Assembly: GCF_006345805.1 (NCBI RefSeq)
Contig: NC_043016.1
Span: 29,574,001 to 29,638,000, forward strand
From: Octopus sinensis
Lineage: Eukaryota
Reading direction: 5' to 3'
DNA length: 64,000 nucleotides
A program made the position numbers and the translations under genes. The number at the start of each line of letters is the position of its first letter. Position 1 is the first letter of the stretch. Below the pieces are notes generated by a model, which was given only the letters and a program-made list of their open reading frames with translations, had not been told where the DNA came from and searched no databases. This document shows, piece after piece, positions 11,651 to 22,188 of this stretch.

Positions 11651-11829
11651 CCTTGGGTCAAAAGCTTGAAACAATATTTAATATTGCACTCAATCACGAC
11701 CCTAATGCCATTCAGAAAGATATACACAAAACAAAGTGTTGTGATAAAGAAAGTTCTAAATTCATTTTTGATTAGAAAGTGAGCGAAACAGATCTTAGAT
11801 CAAATAAAAATGATTGGTAAGGAAATGCA

Positions 11830-13070
11830 ATGTATTAACGTTTCTTCGAATGATCCTAGATTCACTATCAATAGCATCGTTACGGCTATTTCCATTAGAA
11901 CCTGAAATTTATCAATGAGGAGATTTTTAATCAACATGCCCCGGTTAACAATAATGCCCTGAAACTAAGTGGTTTTAATTATCAAATTTCTTACATATCT
12001 AACACGAAACTTGAAAGAAAATTAGCAAATATATTTCCCAACTTCCCTAAAACTATAAGCGCAAACCCTGTATTGACGTAGATATAAATAAGCCATGTGG
12101 TAACCATATCATACCTAGTGGAATACAACCTAGTAATAAATATAGTAAATATAATAAGTATAAACCTGATTATAAATATAAGTATAAATCTGATAATAAG
12201 TATAATCCTGATTCTGAATCCAATTCTAGAAAACGCGAAGTAATTTGGTTTGCCCCTCCTTTTTCTCTTAGAGTTAAGAAGTTGCCTAAGTTGTTTTTCA
12301 AGATCTTGAAGGCTAATTTTCCAAACACCACAAGTATTACACAATCTGTAATAAAACTTCGATAAAATTTTCCTACTCCGCAAAACCTCATCTAGGATCT
12401 ATTATAGCTTCTATGAATAGAAGTAAAACAAAACATCAATCGAATAAGGACTCCAACACTAATAACGTACCCCTGGTAACAAGAACAAATCTAGAATAAT
12501 AAATTTAAGTAAATCTAAAATTAATAATGTTAATCCAAGTCAACCTTTGGTAGTCACCGATCTTGCCATCCTACCCACCAAAGTTTAAAAAAGCAATAAA
12601 ACAAAAAGACAATAACAGGAATGATAGAACAAATTTAGAAAAAAACTTGTAGCTGTAGAGTGCCTGAATCTTGTCCACTTGCCGGTTCATGTCTTACGAA
12701 AAATGTGGTGTATAAGTGTACAGTAAAAGTAGATAACCAAAAAAACTAAGGTTTGTATAGGAAGCACTGTTGATTTTAAGAGGAGATATAGAACCCATTT
12801 GTATTCCTTTATTAAAGTTAAGTATAAAAACTCAACAACTCTCGCCTCATATATACACCACCTAAGAGATTGCAACACTTATTCTTTATTCTGGTCTATA
12901 ATTGCGAAGGCCCCCTCCTTAAAGTGCTACTTCGAATAGATGCAGGTTATGTATAAGGGGATCGTACATTATCCTTAGATCATATAGTTTAAATACATTA
13001 AATGAATTCTCTGATGCGATTTCCTCATGTAGTCATAAATTCCATTCTACGTTTTTGAAAAATTATAGAA
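11830..13070 (+). mobile_element. Penelope-like element remnant (RT thumb, linker, GIY-YIG endonuclease)
   Basis: Translates to INVSSNDPRFTINSIV, NEEIFNQHAP..NNALKLSGF, RKREVIWFAPPFS, SIKFSYSAKPHLGSII, CSCRVPESCPLAGSCLTKNVVYKCTV, VCIGST..FKRRYRTHLYSF, NSTTLASYI and RCRLCI, all typical PLE motifs; frameshifted. Confidence 0.82.
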
Positions 13071-13299
13071 CCAAGCATATTGGATGATTTGGAAGAGTAC
13101 CTGCAACTTGAAAACTTTTAGCTCTTAGTACAGTGAAAATTTCATTATGCTGTGTTTAGTCAGAATTAAGTCTCAATAGGTTAATGTACTTACCCCCACT
13201 ATTCCATGCTCTCCACTCATTTGCATACGTAAGAAGAAAAATAATATTTTTTTTACATATATTCATCATTCTGTGAGAATCAAAAGTATCAAGAATGTG

Positions 13300-13745
13300 A
13301 TTTTATGACGAAAGCAAGTTCTTTCATCGTAAGTATCACCTGGCCATTGGGTATTCGGTGGCACGAGAGAGTCTCTAAAAAGTGTTTTTTGGTCGAAGTA
13401 TCTGATCGTACTGAACAAACTTTAACTACACTGATACAAAGATGGATTTTACCTGGGACTCACACAGTCAGTGATGGCTGGCGAGTGTATAATAACATCG
13501 GTATCCTGAATGATGGTGTATACACGCACGAGGTGATTATACACCAACAAAATTTTGTTGATCCTCGTGATCAGCACATCCACACACAAAATGTGGAAAA
13601 CGTGGATGCGAGTAAAACGAAAGCTGTGACCACAGTTTGGGACATCGGACAAATTGTTTGTTTCATATTTGCATGAATTTATATGGCGTAATTCCACAGA
13701 TAAAGAGTGTTTATGCTGTGTAAAAAATTGCTTCTTTTACTTCTT
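13300..13745 (+). mobile_element. Merlin (IS1016/ISXO2-like) DDE transposase remnant
   Basis: DESKFFHRKYH, WVFGG, CFLVEVSDRT..TL..LI..WILPGT..VSDGWR.Y, H..NFVDP...IHTQNVE, then WMRVKRKL..QFGTS..LF.SYLHEFIWR after a frameshift. All three catalytic D/D/E positions are visible. Confidence 0.82.
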
Positions 13746-13777
13746 ATCTCCCCTTTAATTTTTATTTACTTTTTTAA

Positions 13778-14168
13778 GGAGGGGCTGTGTGGTAAGTAGC
13801 TTGCTTACCAACCGCATAGTTCTGGGTTCATTCCCACTGCGTGGCACCTTGGGCAAGTGTCTTCTACTATAGCCCCGGGCCGACCAAAGCCTTGTGAGTG
13901 GATTTGGTAGACGGAAACTGAAAGAAGCCCGTCGTATATATGCATATATATGTGTGTGTATGTTTGTGTGTTTGTGTTTGTCCCCACCAACATCGCTTGA
14001 CAACCGATGGTGGTGTGCTTACGTCTCCGTAATTTGGAAGTTCGGCAAAAAAAAAAAACGATAGAATAAGTACTAGGTTTACAAAGAATAAATCCTGGGG
14101 TCGATTTGCTTGACTAAAGGCGGTGCTCCAGCATGGCCGCGGTCAAATGACTAAAACAAGTAAAAGAG
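13778..14168 (+). mobile_element. Full-length tRNA-derived SINE (family A, CORE-like centre)
   Basis: tRNA-like head, GTGGCACCTTGGGCAAGTGTC CORE-type hairpin, internal (TA)n(TG)n spacer, tail CAGCATGGCCGC..CAAATGACT.AAACAAGTAAAAGA. Confidence 0.9.
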
Positions 14169-14477
14169 AAAGAAAAAAAAAATACTGAACCGTTACCCTT
14201 TATTGCATAGCGAGCTTTTGAATTGTCTTCACGTCTCATTTGTATTCTTCAAACTAGTCAGCTGTGACCAGCAGTGTTTAGTGGGATGTGTTCAAAGTGC
14301 TATTACAGCCATCATCTTCAATCTGGAATAAGAAAAGTCGGCAGCTTAGCTTATTAGATGTATTATAACGATATATTACAATTATAATGATATGCTAAAA
14401 TATTATAATGATATACTGAAATATTAGAGGTATTATAATGATATTCTAAAATATTATAATGATATTTCTTTTTTTTC

Positions 14478-14787
14478 TTTTTTTACTTGTTTCAGTCATT
14501 TGACTGCGGCCATGCTGGGGCACCGCTTTCAGTCGAGCAAATCGACCCTGGGACTTATTCTTTGTAAGCCCAGTACTTATTCTATCGGTCCCTTTTGCCG
14601 AACCGCTAAGTGACGGGGACGTAAACACACCAGCATCGGTTGTCAAGCAAAGCTAGGGGGACAAACACAAACACACAAACACATACATATATACATATAT
14701 ACGACGGGCTTCTTTGAGTTTCCGTCTACCAAATCCACTCGCAAGGCCCGGGGCTATAGCAGAAGACACTTGCCCAAGATGCCACAT
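14478..14787 (-). mobile_element. SINE-A, 5'-truncated, inserted in a short TATTATAATGATAT minisatellite
   Basis: Reverse complement of 13850-14168; flanked on both sides by AAATATTATAATGATATACT-type units. Confidence 0.9.
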
Positions 14788-15361
14788 ACTGAAATGTTAG
14801 AGATATTATAATGATATACTAAAATAATCTAGAACGTAATAACTGCAGTCGGATCTTCTAATGAAAGTCTCAAAACTTCTGGAATGCACTTCATAATTCA
14901 TGGTTTATATGAAGTAGGTTCAACGTTGTCTTGTGTATATAAATGGGGATTGATTTACGAGGAGGAAACTGACTATCGATCTATCGGATTCTGAGTCTTC
15001 TCTGTGAGGTGTAATTCTTCTCCCAATATAAGACACCCATGCAATAAGAATAGAACCTGCGCTGGGGTACGGCAAATATATTATTCGATCCACCCCTTCG
15101 TTTCCGACAGACAGACAAAACAATGGCAACACTTCTGGTTGCATAACAATGCATAATAACACGCGCGCGCGCGCACACGCACGCGCGCGCACACGCACAC
15201 ATAGACAAACACACACACACACACACATGCACGCACGCATGCACGCACGCGCACACACTATTTAAATGGTGCAGATGCACTCGCTACGGATTGGTTGGAC
15301 AATACGAAGTGACAAACCTGACCAGACTAACGACAATTAAGTCACTCGACTAACATCTCTC

Positions 15362-15795
15362 CATCATCACTACCACAACCACCACTACCACAACATACCA
15401 CCACTACCACAACACACCACCACAACCAACCCCACCCACCACCACCACCACCACTAACCACCACTTACCACAACCCACCAACCACCCCACCAACACCACC
15501 ACCACCACCACTACCACCACTACCACACACACAACACCACCACCCACCACCACCAACCACCACTACCACAACACACCACCACCACAACCACCACCACCAC
15601 CACCACCACTACCACAACACACCACCACAACTACCACCACCACCACCACCACCACCATTACCACCACTACCACAACACACCACCACAACACACCACCACA
15701 ACCACCACCACCACCACCATTACCACCACCACCACCACCACCACAACCACCACCACCACCACCACCATCATCATCATCGTCATCATCACTATCAC

Positions 15796-15827
<32 letters not shown>

Positions 15828-15850
15828 CCACCACCACCACCACCACCACC

Positions 15851-15884
<34 letters not shown>

Positions 15885-15935
15885 TCATCATCGACAGCAG
15901 CAGCAGCAGTAGCAGTAGCAGCAGCAGCAGCAGCT
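15362..15935. repeat. Compound trinucleotide tract (ACC)n/(ATC)n/(AGC)n
   Basis: Directly visible. Confidence 0.95.
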
Positions 15936-16313
15936 GCAACATCTGAGATAGCACGTGCAACAGTAGCTCCCTAAACTGCAGCCATCGCAACCTCCATTTG
16001 CTGTTGATGCAGGACGTACGATTCCCCCCCCCCACCCACCCCTCCCCCACAACCACCAGTGTCACGAGCCACGAGCCACGAGCGAGCATCATTCCGGTCG
16101 GCCACACCCTGCTTAAAAACAGGCACGAGCCATCGATAATGTCTAGGATGCACACCTCCTGGAAAAGAAACAAAAAGAAAAAAAACTGAAAGAACCAAAA
16201 TAAAACAACACAAAAACAAGCAAAAAAAAAAATTGGGAGCGTCACGGCAGGAACGTCTTTGCATTCTTTGATCATAAGTATGCTCAATGAGTGTCGATCT
16301 TGTGCAAAACTTT

Positions 16314-16335
16314 ACTACTACGACTTCTACTACTA

Positions 16336-16390
<55 letters not shown>

Positions 16391-16621
16391 TGCTGCTATT
16401 ACCACCGTCGCCGCCGCCATCACCACGACTACCACGATCACCACCACCACCATCACCACCACCACCGCCGCCACCACCACCGCCGCCGCCACCACCACCA
16501 CTACTACTACCGTCGCCGCCACCACTGCCAAAACGACGACGACGACAACCACCACCACCACCACCACCACCACCACCACCACCACCACTACTATACTACT
16601 ACTACTACTACTACTACCACT

Positions 16622-16665
<44 letters not shown>

Positions 16666-16675
16666 CACCACCACC

Positions 16676-16712
<37 letters not shown>

Positions 16713-16749
16713 TACTACTACTACTACCACCACCACCACCACCACCACC

Positions 16750-16789
<40 letters not shown>

Positions 16790-16829
16790 TACTACTACTA
16801 CCACCACCACCACCACCACCATCACCACC

Positions 16830-16869
<40 letters not shown>

Positions 16870-16936
16870 TAACTACCACCCCACCACCCACTACTACTAA
16901 ACTACTACTACTACCACCACCACCACCACCACCACC

Positions 16937-17001
<65 letters not shown>

Positions 17002-17003
17002 CA
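16314..17003. repeat. Compound trinucleotide tract (ACT)n/(GCT)n/(ACC)n
   Basis: Directly visible; alternating CAC and TAC blocks with recurring TACTATACT phase slips. Confidence 0.95.
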
Positions 17004-17069
17004 CTGTATGAATGAACCAATAAATTAAATGGAACTTTGAATGAGTAATCGTTGGTTTTGCTGATGAGT

Positions 17070-17415
17070 AATTCAGTTGTTCAATCAACTGGAATGCAGG
17101 GCCCATTCAGCGCTAATGTGTAAGTGGCTGAGTATTTCACAGGCATGTGTAACCCTAATGTAATTGGTTTCAAATAATTCCCAAGCAGAATCATTGTGAT
17201 GCAGAGTGTGACAAGACTTTACCTGTTGAATTGCAGGTGCAAATCCACATGAGGGGGCCTCTGCATAGTTTCCCCTCTACTCAATTTCATTAAGAAGGTA
17301 TGGATTGATACAAGGCTATGATAGAAAACGATGTTTGCTCAAGATGCCATGCTGAGGAATTGAACCTGGTGCCTCATGATTTTGAGCAAAGTTATCTTAA
17401 CCACTCAAACATTTG
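17070..17415 (-). mobile_element. Degraded SINE-C and SINE-A remnants
   Basis: AGTGGCTGAGTATTTCACAG..TGTGACAAG resembles 42630-42715; CAAGATGCCATGC.GAGGAATTGAACC resembles a reversed SINE-A head. Confidence 0.5.
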
Positions 17416-17464
17416 GTTCAACTTTTCAAAGAATAAAGCACACGAGATAAATTACATTAAGAAA

Positions 17465-17598
17465 ACGTACATACATACATATATACATATATACAACATA
17501 CATACATACATGTATACATACATATATCCATGCATACATACATACATACATACATGTATACATACATATATCCATGCATACATACATACATACATACA

Positions 17599-17634
<36 letters not shown>

Positions 17635-18050
17635 TTATAAACACAAACACACACACATATATGTATATTACATACACACATGCATAATGTACTTACAAAC
17701 ATACATATATAAACACACATATACACGTATACATATACATACACAGATACATGCATACATACATTCATACACACATACGTACATACGTACATACATACAT
17801 ATATATATATCATAAACACAAACACAGTCACACATATGTATATTACATACACACATACATAATATACATACAAACATACATATATACACACATACACACA
17901 TATACATATACATACATACATGCATGCATACATACAGATGTACATTCATACATACACACACACACAGGCATGCGTGCGTGCACGCACACACACACACATT
18001 CATGTGTGTGCATGCATAAGCACACACACACACACACATATACACACAAG
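17465..18050. repeat. (CATA)n/(CA)n microsatellite
   Basis: Directly visible. Confidence 0.95.
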
Positions 18051-18154
18051 TGAGTGAATAAAAACATTTGATGATATATGTGTGACTTGACCCTTGAAAC
18101 TTTAAATAATGTGCAAGTCTGCTTGCCTTTCTGCCTATCTGTCTGTCTGTCTGT

Positions 18155-19030
18155 GTGTATATATGTGTGTGTGTGTGCATCTATGTGTGTGTGTGTGTGT
18201 GTGTAAATGTATGTGTGTGTATGTATAGATATGTATGTATGTATGTATGTTTATGGATGGATGGATGTACATATGTGTATGTATGTATGTATGTATATAT
18301 ATTTGCATGTATATGTGTGTATGTATGTATGTATGTATGTATGTATGTATGTATGTATGTATGTATGTATGTATGTATGTATGTATGTATGTATGTATGT
18401 ATATATATTTGCATGTATATGTGTGTATGTATGTATGTATGTATGTATGTATGTATGTATGTATGAATGTATGCACGTATGTATGTACGTATGTATGTAT
18501 GTATGTATGTATGAATGTATGTATGTATGAATGTATGTATGTATGCATGCATGTATGTATGTATGTGTATGTATGTATGTATGTATGTATGTATGTATGT
18601 ATGTATGAAGTATGTATGTATGAATGTATGTATGTATTATGCATGCATGTATGTATGAATGTATGTATGTTGTATGTATGTATGTATGTATGAATGTATG
18701 TATGTATGAATGTATGTATGCATGCATTATGTATTTGTATGTATGTATGTATGTATGTATGTATTATGAATGTATGTATGTATGAATGTATGTATGTATG
18801 CATGCATGTATGTATGTATGTATGTATGTATGTATGTATGTATGTATGTAGAATGTATGTATGTATGAATGTATGTATGTATGCTGCATGTATGTATGTA
18901 TGTATGTATGTATGTATGTATGTATGTATGCATGTATGTATGTATGTATTATGTAGGTATGCATGCATGTATGTATGTATGTATGTATGTATGTGTGTAT
19001 GTATGTATGTATGTATGTATGTATGCACAT
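18155..19030. repeat. (TATG)n/(TG)n microsatellite
   Basis: Directly visible. Confidence 0.95.
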
Positions 19031-19074
19031 GCGTATGTTTAAACCATTGGTCAACCAAGGGGCTGAATCAAGTC

Positions 19075-19450
19075 CATACTTGATGAAACTCATAAATTCA
19101 GCCATCTTTGTTTCCGGTCGACCAGATTAAATATTTATGATCTCTCACTTGCCCACCCCCCTGTTGTCCTTTCCCCCACCTCACCCCACCCCACCCCACT
19201 TCATTACAATTATAATGGACTCTCCTATTGAGAGCCACTTTGTATGCTCTGTTTCCTTTCTCCTCCTTTCCTTCCTCCCTCCCCCTCCCCCTCCCCCTAT
19301 CAAGCGTCTCTTTACACTAAGAGAATAGTGGGGGGGTGGGGGATATTCATCCCTATGTTCCTTACCTCCAACAAATGGAACTGCGTTATGCAGGGGCGGG
19401 GGAAGCTGGCGACCTCTTCTTGTCTAACATCCCACGAAATACCATACTAA
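19075..19450 (-). promoter_or_regulatory. Candidate housekeeping-type promoter / first exon on the minus strand
   Basis: Minus strand reads CCGGAAACAAAGATGGCTG (ETS CCGGAA next to YY1-like AAGATGGC containing the ATG at 19105); GC box GGGGCGGGGG near 19393; two G4-prone C-runs; possible donor CAA|GTATGG at 19080/19079. Confidence 0.38.
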
Positions 19451-19736
19451 GAAATCTGCAGACATGGTGGTCATATATGGACTGGTACTTTTATATGAAT
19501 ATACAGATCGATTAACTGTATTGGCACAAAACTCAGGACCCTTGAATTAGTGAGTCATGAGTATTGGTTTACCAACCTTGTACACTGCTACTCTTTAATA
19601 TGACAAATCTTTGCTCACAATATATTTTTTTTCTTTATCCTTCATTTTTAACTTGTTTCAGTCATTGGACTATGGCCATGCTGGGGCACTGCCTTGAAAG
19701 ATTTTAGTCGAATGAATCAACCCCAGTATTTATATA

Positions 19737-19768
<32 letters not shown>

Positions 19769-19769
19769 A

Positions 19770-19975
19770 CAGGAAGGTTTACGAAAATAAACAAAAGACG
19801 AAGGCAGGTGGAGTACAAACAAACAAATGTATTAGTATGGTGCTCAGGAATAGAAATAGAACAAGTCTTTTACGTTTCGAGCCTACGCTCTTCAACAGAA
19901 AGATACACAGAAAAGAAACAAGGAGAAAAACAAGGAGAGAAAAAAATGCGTGTTGGAGCTAACGGTTTATCATGG
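19770..19975 (-). mobile_element. Penelope pseudo-LTR-like fragment
   Basis: Contains a minimal hammerhead core of the kind known from PLE pLTRs; A-rich flanks. Assignment rests on this motif only. Confidence 0.45.
19866..19903 (-). ncRNA. Minimal type I hammerhead ribozyme motif (A6U variant, probably crippled)
   Basis: Minus strand: TCTTT-CTGTTGA-A-GAGC-gtag-GCTC-GAAAC-GTA-AAAGA. Stem I TCTTT/AAAGA, stem II GAGC/GCTC, palindromic ACGT stem III, GUA cleavage triplet; the core has CUGUUGA instead of CUGANGA. Confidence 0.55.
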
Positions 19976-20007
19976 CGTTCTATGTATATATCTGTAATAT
20001 ATGTGAC

Positions 20008-20153
20008 AATTATTTGGTTGCTATAATAAGACTCCAAGTTTTGGATGTCAGGGCAGAAAACTGCTCTGCCATCTCGTCAGTTATCGAGATGCCAGAGCAG
20101 TTTTCCACCCCAACATCCGAAACTCTGAGTCTTATTATGGTAACTGAATAATT
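20008..20153. repeat. ~146-bp imperfect palindrome (hairpin/MITE-like)
   Basis: Arms 20030-20076 and 20085-20131 match at 39 of 47 positions with an 8-nt loop; the symmetry extends outward through ATAATAAG/CTTATTAT and AATTATT/AATAATT. Confidence 0.87.
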
Positions 20154-20334
20154 ACTATTACTATCAATATATTACCATTACTATTAATATATATATATAT
20201 ATATATATTTATATTTTATATATATATATATATCTTAAGTACTGGTCTCTTTTGCAGGATCGGCATGTTGTGGGGATGTAAACTAACCAACACCGGTTTT
20301 CAAGTGATGGAGAAGAGACAAATGCAGCAAAAAC

Positions 20335-20970
20335 ACAGACACACATGTGGACACACACACACACACACACACACATGCATATACACACACACGTGCATAT
20401 ACACACACACATGCACACATACACAAGCATACACACATATGCACACTCGTGTGCACACACACACACGCACATTATAACAGAGTTTAAGTTCAAATCATTT
20501 GAACACTACTATGTGTTTTCAATGTTGAACATCTCTCAATCTCACCTGTTGACTGTGTACATCCACATATACATACATACATACATGCATACATACATAC
20601 ATACATACATACATGCATACATACATACATGCATACATACATACATACATACATACATACATACATGCATGCATGCATACATCCACACATACATACATAC
20701 ATACATACATACATACATACATTCATACATTCATACGTACATACACATACATACATACATGCATGCATACATCCACACATACATGCATACATACATACAT
20801 GCATACATACATACATACATATATACATACATACATTCATACATACATACATACATACACATACATACATACATATAAATACATACATACATACATACAT
20901 ACATGCATACACATAATACATACATGCAAACATAAATATATACGTATGTACATACACTCACACACATAAT
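20335..20970. repeat. (CA)n/(CATA)n microsatellite
   Basis: Directly visible. Confidence 0.95.
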
Positions 20971-21014
20971 TGGTTTCTTTCAGTTTCTATCTACTATATT
21001 CATTAACAAGGTTT

Positions 21015-21375
21015 TATTTCTTAATTGTCCACAAGGGGCTAAATACAGAGGGGGACAAACAAGGACAGACAAAGGGATTAACCCTTTAGTGTTTAAACCG
21101 GCTGTATCCGGCCCAAATATTCTACACATTTTATGCTCAAGCTGGCCAGAACCAGCATCTCACACCTACCCTGCAATGTCATTCTAAAAATAAGCAATTA
21201 CAATCTTTCCTGTCTTGAAGCTACAAAATAATATCAGATAAAATTTTTTAATGTGAATAAATAAGGATTATTTTTGCCAAATTAATATGAATGCTAAAGG
21301 GTTAAGTTGATTACACCGACCCCAGTGCGTAACTGGTACTTAATTTATCAACCCTGAAAGGGTGAAAGGCAAAGT
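21015..21375 (-). mobile_element. SINE-B split by a MITE insertion
   Basis: Tail at 21015-21081 and body at 21302-21375 rejoin at a duplicated TTAA to give the sequence seen (reversed) at 9470-9580. Confidence 0.82.
21078..21305 (+). mobile_element. piggyBac-like MITE (~228 bp)
   Basis: TTAA-CCCTTTAG....(AATG)CTAAAGGG-TTAA termini; same family at 22189, 42851 and 45755. Confidence 0.82.
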
Positions 21376-21529
21376 CGTACAAAGTCTGAACCAGACTGAG
21401 GATGATGTGTTAGTGGAGTTGTGCTGCAGACAGAAAAGTTAGAAAAGTTTGGTTGATTTGGATGGAAGTGGGCAAACAGAGAGGAATGCCAAGTAGTTAG
21501 AATAGAACCTGTTGTAGACTTAGAGAAAG

Positions 21530-21700
21530 TGCATAGCTTAGTGGTTAGGATATTCGGCTCATGATCGTAAGGTCATGAGTTTGATACCCAGCAGTGTGTT
21601 GTCTCCTTAGGCAAGACACTTTATTTCACATTGCTCCACTCAACTCATTTGGTAAAAATGAGTTGTACATGTAATTCAACTGGAACCCTTCTCGTTGTAA
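21530..21700 (+). mobile_element. SINE-C 5' part
   Basis: tRNA-like head (GCTTAGTGGTTAGG..GAGTTTGATACCC) followed by GTCTCCTTAGGCAAGACAC..TTGCTCCA. Confidence 0.7.
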
Positions 21701-21703
21701 CTG

Positions 21704-22003
21704 ACATCATCATCATCATTGTTTAACGTCCGCTTTCCATGCTAGCATGGGTTAGATGATTTGACTGAGGACTGGCGAACCAGATGGCTGCACCAGGCTC
21801 CAATCTGATCTGGCAGAGTTACTACAGCTGGATGCCCTTCCTTATGCTTACCACTCCGAGAGTGTAGTGGGTGCTTTTACGTGCCACCGGCACGAGGGCC
21901 AGTCAGGCGGTACTGGCAATGGCCATGCTCAAATGGTGCTTTTTATGTGCCACCTGTACGGGAGCCAGTTCAGTGGCACTGGCAATGACTTTGCTCGACA
22001 GTG
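21704..22003 (-). mobile_element. RTE 3' end with (GAT)n tail
   Basis: Same terminus as 1-160 and 6272. Confidence 0.88.
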
Positions 22004-22188
22004 CCAGAAAAAAGATTTAGAGAAGAAATTTCAAATGTGGAAACAAAATGTAGAGTTGAGAAGCCTCAAAGAAAAGTTAGTTAATACTAAAGTTTTAATG
22101 AATAGGAGAGAAAATAGTAACCTGATACTTTCAGGGAAATTGATTTGTAGAAGAAGATTAGAAAGGAATTCTATAGGATGTTGTGAGA

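Noticed and set aside
11991-12391. Minus-strand ORFs of 130 and 73 aa with a hydrophobic stretch
   Set aside because: Antisense to the Penelope ORF; the hydrophobic run comes from the tandem insert.
15667-17106. Poly-H/T/P/V/L ORFs resembling low-complexity transcription-factor regions
   Set aside because: Open in several frames on both strands because of triplet repeats; no unique coding anchor or splice context.
19040-19105. DPY30 orthology for the minus-strand candidate (DPY30 is head-to-head with human SPAST; KYGL resembles EYGL)
   Set aside because: A four-residue resemblance only; the conserved DPY30 motif (PTR.YLDQTV) was not seen in the window.
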